A stretch of DNA of 64,000 nt from Alphaproteobacteria bacterium (GTDB lineage Bacteria; Pseudomonadota; Alphaproteobacteria; UBA828). Positions 13,602 through 23,199 of the stretch are shown piece by piece; within the stretch, counting starts at the first letter, position 1, and every line of letters starts with the position of its first letter. The translations under genes and the position numbers were made by a program. The notes below the pieces were generated by a model that worked only from the letters and a program-made list of their open reading frames with translations, was not told the origin of the DNA and did not search any database. The DNA lies in assembly GCA_963667785.2 (NCBI GenBank), contig CAXXMU010000001.1:480001-544000 (forward strand), read 5' to 3'.

Positions 13602-15323
13602 TCAGGGGTGCCGGATGACCGGCAGCTCGATATATGACGGGCGCGCCGTGTCGTGGAACACGGTCTGGTGCGCGGGCTGGAGGTCGAAGGCGTGCTCGGC
13701 CCCGATCGGCCCGCCGGTGTTCGGGTTGCGGTCGAAGGCAGGATAGTTGCTGCTCGACACCTCGACCCGAACGCGGTGACCGGCGCGGAACGTGTGGCAG
13801 ATCACGCCCACGTCGATGTCGAATTCGTAGACTCGGTGGGGCTCGAGCGGGACTTCGGCTTCCCGGCTCTCCCGGAAGCGGCCGCGGATCACGCCCTCGA
13901 AGAGGTTGATCGCGCGTCCGTCAGGCTCCACGTCGCAAAGCTTGACCGTGAAGTCGGTGTCGGTGGCGCTGGTCGCCGCAGCGAGGCGCGCCGTGACGAA
14001 GCCGGCGGCGAAGCAGGGCGCGTCCAGCGGCGGCGAGGTGTAGACCAGCACGTCGTTGCGGTACTCGACCGGGCGCTGGTCCATCGGCCCCATGGGCGCG
14101 GTCGCGGGCAGGCAGCAGGAATGGCCGCCCATGCTCGGCACCGGGTCGAAGGGGTTGTAGACGAAGAAGTCCGGCGGCTCGTCGCCCGGCGGCTCCCGGT
14201 CGAGGGTGCCGTCGCCGCTCAGCGAGTTGGCGCGGCCGCCGCTGTGGAGGTACCAGCGCTCATGGCCGGCGCCGGCGAGCGGCCAGGCGTCGGCGTCGTG
14301 CCAGCGGTTCTCGCCTGTGACGAAGACGCGCACCGGCGGCAGCGCCTCCAGCGCGGCGGGGTCGTCCTTCAGCCAGGCGTCGAACCAGGCGCGCTCGTAG
14401 AGGCTGACGGTGTTCTTCGCGTCGTCGCCGAAGTCGATCGCGCCGACCTGCTGGGTCCACGGGATGTGATACCAGGGGCCGACGAGCAGCCGGTGCTCGG
14501 CCCGGCCGGCGGCGCTCAGCTCCTCGTAGGCCGCGATGGTCTGCGGGATGAAGCTGTCGTACCAGCCGCTGACGTGGAGGCAGGGCACGTCGATCCTGCC
14601 GAGGCGCGGCGCGAGCTCCCATTCCTCCCAGTAGGCGTCGTGGGCCGGGTGATCGACATAGTCCTTGAGGAAGGGGAGCAGGTCCGGCGTCTCGAGGAAG
14701 GGAATGTCCCTGAGCGAGAGCGCCGCCGGCCAGCGGCCGCAGGCGCTCGCCGCGGCGCCGATGGTCTCCAGGACCTGCGTATCAGCCCTCCGGCGTGCCG
14801 CTTCGCCCGCGATGATGATGGCCCAGTCCATCACCGCGGCGAGTCCGAAGGTGCCGCCGACATGGGTGAAGCCCTCGTACATGCCGCCGGGGTAGAAGCC
14901 GGGCACCGCGGCGGCGAGGTGCGGGGGCCGCAGGGCGGCGGCGAGCAATTGGTTCACGCCGGGGATGGAGAAGCCGAAGCTGCCGACCCGGCCGTTGCAC
15001 CAGGGCTGTGCCGCACACCATTCGATGGTGTCGTAGCCGTCCTCGGCGTCGAGACGGAGCGGGTAGAACTCGCCCTCCGAGGTGTAGCGTCCGCGGCTGT
15101 CCTGGATTACCACGGCATAGCCGTGGCGCGCATAGACCGCGGGGTGGTCGTAGACGTAGGTCTGGGCGACGCGCTTGTCGTAGGGTTGACGCTGGACCAG
15201 GGCAGGGTGAGGCCCGCCCGCGGCCGGCCGCCAGACGTCGCAGGCGAGCCGCACGCCGTCCCGCATCCGCACCATGACGTCGGTCTCGGCCACGATCCCG
15301 GCGGCGTCGCGCGCATCCACCAT
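13602..15323 (-). CDS. CocE/NonD family serine hydrolase
   Basis: MRDGVRLACD, RQPY, QDSRGRYTSEG, GFS nucleophile elbow, GWYD, GPWYH, C-terminal PepX-like domain. Confidence 0.92.
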   Translation of the reverse strand: MVDARDAAGIVAETDVMVRMRDGVRLACDVWRPAAGGPHPALVQRQPYDKRVAQTYVYDHPAVYARHGYAVVIQDSRGRYTSEGEFYPLRLDAEDGYDTIEWCAAQPWCNGRVGSFGFSIPGVNQLLAAALRPPHLAAAVPGFYPGGMYEGFTHVGGTFGLAAVMDWAIIIAGEAARRRADTQVLETIGAAASACGRWPAALSLRDIPFLETPDLLPFLKDYVDHPAHDAYWEEWELAPRLGRIDVPCLHVSGWYDSFIPQTIAAYEELSAAGRAEHRLLVGPWYHIPWTQQVGAIDFGDDAKNTVSLYERAWFDAWLKDDPAALEALPPVRVFVTGENRWHDADAWPLAGAGHERWYLHSGGRANSLSGDGTLDREPPGDEPPDFFVYNPFDPVPSMGGHSCCLPATAPMGPMDQRPVEYRNDVLVYTSPPLDAPCFAAGFVTARLAAATSATDTDFTVKLCDVEPDGRAINLFEGVIRGRFRESREAEVPLEPHRVYEFDIDVGVICHTFRAGHRVRVEVSSSNYPAFDRNPNTGGPIGAEHAFDLQPAHQTVFHDTARPSYIELPVIRHP

Positions 15324-15536
15324 TCGCGTCCCTCAAGGTCCGGCGGGAGCCTAGCCCGCATTTCTCGCCAGGGCCACGGTCTGCGTCGCGCGGAGCGCGC
15401 GCGGGGCGCGACCCGAAGGGCGACGCTCTCCGGCCGGTCGAAACGGGCGGCAATTGACTCGTCCCGGCTGCGGGCGTCACACTCGACCAAGCGAAGGACA
15501 ATCGCAGAAATCAGCATCGCAAGGGGAGGGAGACCA

Positions 15537-16676
15537 GTGAGGATCATGGTAACGAACAGGCTCGTCCGATGGGCGATCGCCGCCGGCGTAGGCGTCGCGC
15601 TCGCCGCCGGCGTGACGGCCGAAAAGGCCGAGGCCAAGACCGAGGACGGCAAATTCCTCGTCTATTACAGCATGAGCTATGTCGGCAATGCGTGGCAGAC
15701 GGAGGCCAAGAACACCGTCATCGCCATGGCCAAGGCGCCGCAGTACCGCGACCGGGTGGAGCTCCGGGTCCAGGCCTCGGGTCCCGACGCGCAGAAGCAG
15801 ATCCAGCAGATGAACGCGATGATCGCGGCCGGCGCGGATGCCATCGTGGCCTTCCCGATCTCGCCGACGGCGCTCAACAAGGTCATCAAGAACGCCTGCA
15901 AGAAGGGCGTGGTCGTGGCCGTGATCAACGGCGTGACCGAGCCCTGCGCCTATGTCGTGAAGATCGACGGCGTGGCGCTCGGCGACTACCGCACCCAGTA
16001 CGTGGTCGACCAGATGGGCGGCAAGGGCAACATCGTCGCGATCACCGGCGTGCCCGGCGTCTCCTACGGCGAGGACCACCACAAGGGCTTCAAGCAGGCC
16101 GTGGAACGGCACCCCGACGTCAACGTGCTGGCCGAGCTGGTGGGCATGTGGAGCCACTCGGAAGCCCGCCTCAAGATGCGCGAGCTGCTGGCCACCCATA
16201 GCTGGGCGGACATCGACGGCATCGTGGCGCAGACCGGGTGCTACACCGTCTCCCAGATGCAGGTGGAGGACGGCTGGTGGCCCGACAACCCGATCATCCC
16301 GTGTGCGGGCGAATCCGCCAACGGCAACCGGCTGCAGATGCTGCCGGTCGATTCCGGGATCGAGGGCGCGCTCGGCAAGGTCGGCCAGTCGATCGGCTCC
16401 GGCCTCTGGGCGGTGTCCTACACCTTCAAGACCGCCATGGAGGTGCTCGACGGCAATGAGGACGTTCCGCACCTCAGGTGGTACACCGGCGTCGAGGTCA
16501 CGCAGGACAACGTGAAGCTCTGCGAGAACGGCACGGCCGAGGAGTTCGCCGCGGGCTGCAACACGATCAGGCCCGGTCTCGTGCCGCCCGACTATGCCAT
16601 CGACTTCTGGTCGCCGCAGGTGCCCGAGCTCGGCTTCCGCGCGGCCACCGAAGGGATGCTGGACGACGAGTCCTGA
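15537..16676 (+). CDS. sugar-type (RbsB-like) ABC substrate-binding protein
   Basis: GTG after GGAGGG, signal peptide, YVGNAWQ, GADAIVAFPISPTALN, GKGNIVAITGVPG. Confidence 0.85.
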   Translation: MRIMVTNRLVRWAIAAGVGVALAAGVTAEKAEAKTEDGKFLVYYSMSYVGNAWQTEAKNTVIAMAKAPQYRDRVELRVQASGPDAQKQIQQMNAMIAAGADAIVAFPISPTALNKVIKNACKKGVVVAVINGVTEPCAYVVKIDGVALGDYRTQYVVDQMGGKGNIVAITGVPGVSYGEDHHKGFKQAVERHPDVNVLAELVGMWSHSEARLKMRELLATHSWADIDGIVAQTGCYTVSQMQVEDGWWPDNPIIPCAGESANGNRLQMLPVDSGIEGALGKVGQSIGSGLWAVSYTFKTAMEVLDGNEDVPHLRWYTGVEVTQDNVKLCENGTAEEFAAGCNTIRPGLVPPDYAIDFWSPQVPELGFRAATEGMLDDES

Positions 16677-16777
16677 GGGATCGGCGGCTCGTCCGCCATG
16701 ATCCATCGCTCTCGCTGCGCCGGGGCCCACAGCAAGCCAGACGGGGCTCCGGCGCACACTCTTCGGCGCCGGCACGC

Positions 16778-18331
16778 ATGAACGATGCGGCGCCCGCGAT
16801 CGCGGTCGAGGGCCTTTCCAAGCGGTTCGGCGCGACCGTCGCCCTCGATGACGTAAGCTTCTCCATTCCGCAGGGCGAAATTCGCGCCCTGATCGGCGAG
16901 AACGGCGCCGGCAAGTCCACGCTCGTCAAGATCCTGGCCGGGCTCGTCCGCGAGGACGCCGGCGACATCCGCGTCTTCGGCGACGACGTGGCGATCGGCC
17001 GGCCCGCGCGGGCGCACGCGCTCGGTATCCAGACCGCGTTTCAGGAAATGACCCTGATCGACGATCTGACGGTGACCCAGAACATGCTGCTGCCCTACGA
17101 GCCGCTGGTCGCGGGCCAGATCGACCGGCGCGGCAGCAAGCGCACGGTCGCCCGGCACTTCGCCCGTCTCGGCCTCGACGACGTGGACCCCAACGCGCTG
17201 GTGAGCGACCTCGCGCTGTCCACCCGCCAGAAGATCGAGATCGCCAAGGCGGTGGCGCGGGAGCCCCGGGTGCTGCTGCTGGACGAGCCGACGTCGACGC
17301 TCTCCGCCGCCGACGTGGACTGGCTCGGCGCGCTCATCGAGAGCCTCAACGCCGACGGCATGACCGTCGTCTTCATCTCGCACCGCATGGCGGAGGTGCG
17401 CCGCTTCTGCCGCAGCCTGACCGTGCTTCGCAACGGCAGTCACGTCGGCTCCTACGGGATCGACGACGTGAGCGACGACGAGGTGGTGCGCCTCGTCATC
17501 GGCCGCTCCCTCGGCGCGATCTACCCGGAACGCGAGGACTACCGCCGCACGGACGCCGAGGCGCCGGCCTTCGCCGGCGACGGGCTCAGGATCGGCGGCA
17601 CGCTGGACGATCTCTCCTTCCAGCTCTGGCCCGGCGAGGTGCTGGGTATCGGCGCGCTCCAGGGCATGGGCCAGCGCGAGCTCTTCGAGGCGCTCTTCGG
17701 CGAGCGCGGCTTGGATGGCGGCACCATCAGCCTCGGCGGCCGGCCTCTGACGATGGCCTCGCCCGCCGATGCCGTGCGCGCCGGCATCAGCATGGTGCCG
17801 GAGGACCGCAAGACCGAGGCGCTGTTTCTCCGGCTCACCGGCGGCGCCAACGCCTCGATCCCGATCATCGACCGCTTCGCCACCGCCGGCTGGATCGACC
17901 GCAGGGCCGAGGCCGCCGCCGTCGACGAGGTGCTGAACGACCTGCAGGTGCACCCCCGCGCGCTCTACAAGACGGCGTCCTCGTTCTCCGGCGGCAACCA
18001 GCAGAAGATCGCCATCGCCAAGTGGCTGCTGGCGCAGAGCTCCGTCCTGCTCACCTTCGATCCGACGCGCGGCGTCGATATCGGCACCAAGCACGAGATC
18101 TACGTGCTGATCCGGGCGCTGGCCAGGGCCGGCGTCGCCATCCTCTACTACACCACCGAGATTCCGGAGCTCGTGAACATCTGCGACCGGGTGCTGGTCA
18201 TGTACCGCGGGCGCATCGTGAGCGAGCTCGTCGGCGACGAGATCACCGAGCAGGGCATCATGGGTTACGCGCTCGGCGCCGAGGGTGCGGAAGCGGCGGC
18301 GTCCCCGGCGGGCGCAGGGGCGGGCGGGTGA
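16778..18331 (+). CDS. sugar ABC ATP-binding protein (RbsA-like, two NBDs)
   Basis: GENGAGKST, LLLDEPTS, FISHRM, VPEDRK, FSGGNQQK, DPTRGVDIG. Confidence 0.93.
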   Translation: MNDAAPAIAVEGLSKRFGATVALDDVSFSIPQGEIRALIGENGAGKSTLVKILAGLVREDAGDIRVFGDDVAIGRPARAHALGIQTAFQEMTLIDDLTVTQNMLLPYEPLVAGQIDRRGSKRTVARHFARLGLDDVDPNALVSDLALSTRQKIEIAKAVAREPRVLLLDEPTSTLSAADVDWLGALIESLNADGMTVVFISHRMAEVRRFCRSLTVLRNGSHVGSYGIDDVSDDEVVRLVIGRSLGAIYPEREDYRRTDAEAPAFAGDGLRIGGTLDDLSFQLWPGEVLGIGALQGMGQRELFEALFGERGLDGGTISLGGRPLTMASPADAVRAGISMVPEDRKTEALFLRLTGGANASIPIIDRFATAGWIDRRAEAAAVDEVLNDLQVHPRALYKTASSFSGGNQQKIAIAKWLLAQSSVLLTFDPTRGVDIGTKHEIYVLIRALARAGVAILYYTTEIPELVNICDRVLVMYRGRIVSELVGDEITEQGIMGYALGAEGAEAAASPAGAGAGG

Positions 18332-20406
18332 GCGAGGTTCCCCTCGCGCGGGTGCCGCGCCTCTCCTGGCAGCAGGGGCTCGCGCGCAACCGCCGCCTGC
18401 TCGTCGCGGTCACGGCCTTCATTGGCATCTTCGTCTGCCTGGACGTGATCTCGCCCGGCCCCATCAGCTACTTCGAGATCAACTTCCTCTCGTCGAACAC
18501 CGGCCCGCTCGCCTTCGCCGCCATGGGCCAGACGGTGGTCTTCCTGATCGGCGGCTTCGACCTCTCCTGCGGCGCGGTGCTCTCGCTCGTCAACGTCATC
18601 ATGGCGCTGCACACCTCGGATTCTCTCTGGAGCCAGGTGCTCATGTGCTTCGCGGGCCTCGGCATCGGGGCCGCGGTCGGCGCGATCAACGGCTTCTTCA
18701 TCGCCTACGGCAGGCTGCAGCCGGTGGTCGTCACGCTCGCCGTCATGTTCATCATCCTCGGCCTCAATCTGCTGCTGATGCCGGACCCGGGCGGCTACAT
18801 CCCCTACGGCCTCTCCATGGTCTTCACCGGCGACCTGATCCCCGACGGCTTCCCGGCGGCGCTCCTCGTCATCCTGCTGGCGCTCGGCCTCTGGGCGCTG
18901 ATCAAGCGCTCGCGCTTCGGCACCGCGCTCTACGCCGTCGGCAGCAACGAGGACGCCGCCTTCGCCAACGGCATCTCGGTGGCGCGGACGAAGTTCCTCG
19001 GCTACACCCTGGCCGGCACCTTCTACGGCGCGGGCGGCGTCTTCCTCAGCGCCCAGACCAGCTCCGGCGACCCGCTGGTGGGCAGCGGCATGCTGCTGCT
19101 CATCTTCGCCGCGACGATCCTCGGCGGCACCCGCATCGGCGGCGGCGAGGGCGGCTGCCTCGGTACCGTGTTCGCCGCCTTCACCCTGATGCTGATCTCC
19201 AACGTGCTGATCGTGCTCAACTGGTCCACGCACGTCATGCCGATCACCGAGGCTGTGATCCTTCTGCTGGCGGTGGTCGGCGCCTCCATCGGGCGCGACA
19301 CCTCGCTCGCGGAATACTGGCGGGTGACCGGCCTCAAGCTATCGGGCCTGCGCCACCGCAGCCTGCCGTCCTTCCACGGCAGCACGAAGGCGAGCGCGGG
19401 CAGGCTGGCCACGAGCTGGACCCCGCGGGTCAGCGACGAGCTCACGGGGCCGGGGCTCTGGCAATGGACCACCAGGAACTGGGATGTGCTGCGCCTGATG
19501 GTGCCGGCCTGGGTGCTGCTGGTGGTGGTCTACATCCTCGTGGTGGCGGTGATCGGCGGCGAGAGCGTGAGCGTCCACTACCTCAACTCGCTGCTGACGC
19601 TGGCGCTCTTCCTCGCCGTGCTCGGGCTCGGCCAGGGCGCGGTCGTGCTCACTGGCGGGCTCGACCTCTCGGTGCCGCACACGCTCGCGTTCACCGGCGT
19701 GGTTCTGGCCGCGGTCTGCAACGGGATGGACGGGCCGGCCTACTGGGCGGTGCCGATGGTGCTGGCCATCGGCATCGGCGTCGGCCTCTTCAACGGCATC
19801 GGCGTGGTGCTCTTCGGCATGCCGGCGATCGTCGTCACGCTCGCCACCAACGGCATCATGCAGGGCGCGGGCCTGCTCTTCACCGGCGGCATCCCCACCG
19901 GGCGCTCGCCGCCGGCGCTGGTGTGGTTCTTCACCGAGCGGCTCGCAGGCCTCGCGCCGGCGGTCTGGTTCTTCATCGGCTTCGCCGGCATCGCCTATGT
20001 GGTGCTGCACCGCACCACCTTCGGGCGGCGCGTCTTCGCGGTCGGCAACAGCGCGCGGGTGGCGCGGCTCTCGGGCGTCCGGGTCGACTGGACGACGCTC
20101 GGCGTCTACATGCTGAGCGGCTTCTGCTCGGCGCTTGCCGGCGTGCTGATGACCGGGTTCTCCACGGTCTCCTTCCTCAACATGGGCCAGCGCTTCCTGC
20201 TGCCGGCGATCGCCGTCGTGCTGGTGGGCGGCACGCTCGCCACCGGCGGGCGGGGGCACTATCTCGGCATCCTCGGCGGGGCGCTGCTGCTGACCGCGGT
20301 GGGCACGCTGGTCTCTGGCTCGGAGCTTCACTTCGCCTGGCGCGACATCATCTTCGGCATCGTCGTGCTCGGCGCCGTGCTGACGCTGCGCGAACGCGCG
20401 AGCTGA
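18328..20406 (+). CDS. fused double RbsC-like ABC permease
   Basis: GTGA overlap with the ATPase; two permease halves (GGFDLS / GGLDLS; YAVGSN / FAVGNS; GGT..GG.G). Confidence 0.85.
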   Translation: MSEVPLARVPRLSWQQGLARNRRLLVAVTAFIGIFVCLDVISPGPISYFEINFLSSNTGPLAFAAMGQTVVFLIGGFDLSCGAVLSLVNVIMALHTSDSLWSQVLMCFAGLGIGAAVGAINGFFIAYGRLQPVVVTLAVMFIILGLNLLLMPDPGGYIPYGLSMVFTGDLIPDGFPAALLVILLALGLWALIKRSRFGTALYAVGSNEDAAFANGISVARTKFLGYTLAGTFYGAGGVFLSAQTSSGDPLVGSGMLLLIFAATILGGTRIGGGEGGCLGTVFAAFTLMLISNVLIVLNWSTHVMPITEAVILLLAVVGASIGRDTSLAEYWRVTGLKLSGLRHRSLPSFHGSTKASAGRLATSWTPRVSDELTGPGLWQWTTRNWDVLRLMVPAWVLLVVVYILVVAVIGGESVSVHYLNSLLTLALFLAVLGLGQGAVVLTGGLDLSVPHTLAFTGVVLAAVCNGMDGPAYWAVPMVLAIGIGVGLFNGIGVVLFGMPAIVVTLATNGIMQGAGLLFTGGIPTGRSPPALVWFFTERLAGLAPAVWFFIGFAGIAYVVLHRTTFGRRVFAVGNSARVARLSGVRVDWTTLGVYMLSGFCSALAGVLMTGFSTVSFLNMGQRFLLPAIAVVLVGGTLATGGRGHYLGILGGALLLTAVGTLVSGSELHFAWRDIIFGIVVLGAVLTLRERAS

Positions 20407-20506
20407 GCGCCGCCGCTGAGCGCCGCCGCGCTTGCGGCGTCAGGGGCGCGCGGGTAGCCTCTCGCGCGCGGTTGCCTGCGGGGCCGCAACCACGAACCCG
20501 GTGCCC

Positions 20507-21868
20507 ATGCAAAAGCTCCTGATCGCGAACCGGGGCGAGATCGCCTGCCGGATCATGCGAAGCGCGCGGTCGCTCGGCATGGCGACGGTCGCGGTCTATT
20601 CCGAGGCGGATGCTGCCGCCCGCCACGTCGCCGAGGCCGACGAGGCGCTGCCGATCGGCCCCGCCGCGGCGAAGGACAGCTACCTCGTCGCCGAGAAGAT
20701 CATCGCGGCTGCGCGCGAGAGCGGCGCCGACAGCATCCATCCGGGCTACGGCTTCCTCGCCGAGAACGCCGCCTTCGCGGGAGCCGTCGAGGACGCCGGC
20801 CTCGTCTGGGTCGGCCCCAGGGCGGACAGCATCGCCGCCATGGGCGACAAGGAGCGCGCCCGCACGATCGCCGGCGACGCGGGCCTGCCCGTCGTCCCCG
20901 GCAGTGCCCGGCTCACGGCCGGCGACCTCTCCGGGCTCGACGCCGCCGCTCAGGCGATCGGCTATCCGCTGCTGGTGAAGGCGTCCGCCGGCGGCGGCGG
21001 CATCGGCATGCGGCAGGTGGACGAGCCGGCCCGGCTCGCCGAGGTCGTGGAGGCCACGCAGACCATGGCCGAGCGGGCCTTCGGCGACGGCACGGTCTAC
21101 CTGGAGAGGCTCGTGCGCCGCCCGCGCCATGTCGAGATCCAGGTCTTCGGGCTGGGCGACGGCGGCGGGGTCCACTTCATGGAGCGCGAGTGCTCGGTGC
21201 AGCGGCGCTTCCAGAAGATCGTCGAGGAGGCGCCGTCGCCGGCGGTCGGACCCGCGCTCAGGGCGCGCATGGCCGATGCCGCGCTCGCCCTGGTGGAGCG
21301 CGAGCGCTACCGCGGCGCCGGCACGGTCGAGTTCATCCTGGCGCCGGACGGGGCGTTCTACTTCCTGGAGATGAACACGCGCATCCAGGTGGAGCATCCC
21401 GTGACGGAGATGATCACCGGGATCGATCTGGTCGGGCTGCAGCTCAGGCTCGCGCGGGGCGACGACCTCTCGGGCCTCGCGCTGCCAGACGATGCGCCCG
21501 GCGGCCACGCCATCGAGTGCCGCATCTACGCGGAGAACCCGGACCGGAACTTCCTCCCGTCGCCGGGCCTGCTGGAGCGGTTCTCGCCGCCACCGGCCGG
21601 AGACGGAGTCCGGCTCGACACCGGGTTCGCGGAAGGCGACAGGGTCACGCCCTTCTACGATCCCATGATCGCCAAGCTCGTCGCCCACGGCGCGGATCGC
21701 GGCGCTGCCATCGAGAAGATGCTGGCGGCGCTCGGCGAGTTCCACGTGGACGGCATCGTCACCAATATCGACTTCCTGCGCCGGGTCGTCGCCCACGGCG
21801 CCTTTCGCGAGGGCGAGACCCATACCGGCTTCGTGGACGAGCATCGCGCCGCGCTCGCCGCGGCCTGA
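20507..21868 (+). CDS. biotin carboxylase (stand-alone BC domain)
   Basis: KLLIANRGEIA, HPGYGFLAENA, GGGGIGM, ERECSVQRR, EMNTRIQVEHPVTE, YDPMIAKL. Confidence 0.93.
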   Translation: MQKLLIANRGEIACRIMRSARSLGMATVAVYSEADAAARHVAEADEALPIGPAAAKDSYLVAEKIIAAARESGADSIHPGYGFLAENAAFAGAVEDAGLVWVGPRADSIAAMGDKERARTIAGDAGLPVVPGSARLTAGDLSGLDAAAQAIGYPLLVKASAGGGGIGMRQVDEPARLAEVVEATQTMAERAFGDGTVYLERLVRRPRHVEIQVFGLGDGGGVHFMERECSVQRRFQKIVEEAPSPAVGPALRARMADAALALVERERYRGAGTVEFILAPDGAFYFLEMNTRIQVEHPVTEMITGIDLVGLQLRLARGDDLSGLALPDDAPGGHAIECRIYAENPDRNFLPSPGLLERFSPPPAGDGVRLDTGFAEGDRVTPFYDPMIAKLVAHGADRGAAIEKMLAALGEFHVDGIVTNIDFLRRVVAHGAFREGETHTGFVDEHRAALAAA

Positions 21869-21892
21869 GCGCCCGCCCGAGGGAACAGAGCC

Positions 21893-22762
21893 ATGATCTA
21901 CGACGAACCCAAATTCCTGCCCGGCGGCGACCGCTACGTGCTGATCGAGTTCGGCAACGAGATGAACCTCGAGCTGAACTTCATCGCGCAGGGGCTGGCG
22001 GCGCGCATCGTCGCCGACAAGACCAGGGGCATCGTCGAGACCGCACCCTGCTTCGCCTCGATGCTCGTTCACTACGAGCCGCGCGAGATTTCCTACGACG
22101 ACACGGTGAAAGAGCTGAAGGCGCTGATCGCGAGCCTGGGCTCCACCGACGACATCGAGCTCGACAGCCGGCTCTTCCTCTTCGAGACCATGTATCTCGA
22201 TCCCTGGACCAGGGAGTGCATCGAGGACTACAGCGAGAAGATCACGCCCAAGGAGTACGACCCCGACATGGTGGCGAGGCTCAACGGCCTGGCCGACCGC
22301 GAGCAGCTCGTCCGAGTCCACTCGAGCTCCGAGTACTGGGTCGCTTCCCTCGGCTTCTGGCCCGGCCTGCCGTTCCTCCAGCCGCTCGATCCGCGGGCGA
22401 TGATCACGGTGCCCAAGTACAACCCGCCCCGCACCTGGACGCCCCAGGGCACCGTCGGCATGGGCGGCTCCGCCAGCGCCATCTACCCGGTCAACACGCC
22501 GGGCGGCTACCAGCTCCTCGGCCGCACGCCCGTGCCGATCTGGGACACCGAGAAGCGGTTCGACGTCTTCGGCGGCGACATCGTGCTGTTCCAGCCCGGC
22601 GACCGCATCAAGTTCGTGCCGGTGACGCAAGAGGGCTACGAGCAGGCCGAGGCACGCATCGAGGACGGCACCTACCTCTACAACGTCGTCGAGTACCAGC
22701 GCTTCTCGGTGCACAACTACCGGCACTGGATCGCCAACCTGGATCAGAGCCAGCGCTTCTGA
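21893..22762 (+). CDS. carboxyltransferase subdomain C/D protein (urea carboxylase / AHS1 / PxpB-like)
   Basis: GDRYVLIEFG, GFWPG, PKYNPPRTWTP, TPGGYQLLGRTP, GDRIKF. Confidence 0.85.
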   Translation: MIYDEPKFLPGGDRYVLIEFGNEMNLELNFIAQGLAARIVADKTRGIVETAPCFASMLVHYEPREISYDDTVKELKALIASLGSTDDIELDSRLFLFETMYLDPWTRECIEDYSEKITPKEYDPDMVARLNGLADREQLVRVHSSSEYWVASLGFWPGLPFLQPLDPRAMITVPKYNPPRTWTPQGTVGMGGSASAIYPVNTPGGYQLLGRTPVPIWDTEKRFDVFGGDIVLFQPGDRIKFVPVTQEGYEQAEARIEDGTYLYNVVEYQRFSVHNYRHWIANLDQSQRF

Positions 22763-22794
22763 AGCAAGGCCTAGAGGGCTTGGCCGCCCTCGCG

Positions 22795-22980
22795 TTACCA
22801 GCTTCCGTACCAGCAGTTCCGTCGTATGCGCTCGGCGTCGCCGGTCAGCCCCGGATCGACATCCGCCCGGGAGAGGCCGATGTCGGCAAGGTCGCGATCG
22901 CTCAAGCGAGAGAGCCTTTTGCTCCCAAGGCTGGCTTCATGCCAGTTGCGGACATCTCGAAAGACCGCTGCAAACTTCAT
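22795..22980 (-). CDS. DUF1127 small protein
   Basis: LSRLSDRDLADIGLSRADV signature. Confidence 0.8.
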   Translation of the reverse strand: MKFAAVFRDVRNWHEASLGSKRLSRLSDRDLADIGLSRADVDPGLTGDAERIRRNCWYGSW

Positions 22981-23199
22981 GTTCTCATCCTCCGGTTCCA
23001 CATAGTCGCAGGGGCGTCGAAGCCCGCTGCGGGGCGGTTTCTTCAGATTTCGTTTGCAGGGATGAGGGACGCCAATATCGTTTTCGTTGCCGCTCCATAA
23101 GAATCTGTGGGGATCGTCTGGCGCGGGTCGCCGACCGCGAGCGCGGCGAGAATGCCGGGGTCAAGAACGCAACGCAGCCCAGGGCTGCGTCAGCGCGCT

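Noticed and set aside
13653-16676. Apparent 1007-aa protein, and similar N-terminally extended ORFs (8350, 8260-10215, 30501, 18022)
   Set aside because: The upstream parts are antisense or off-frame to neighbouring genes; real starts lie downstream, where the family motifs begin.
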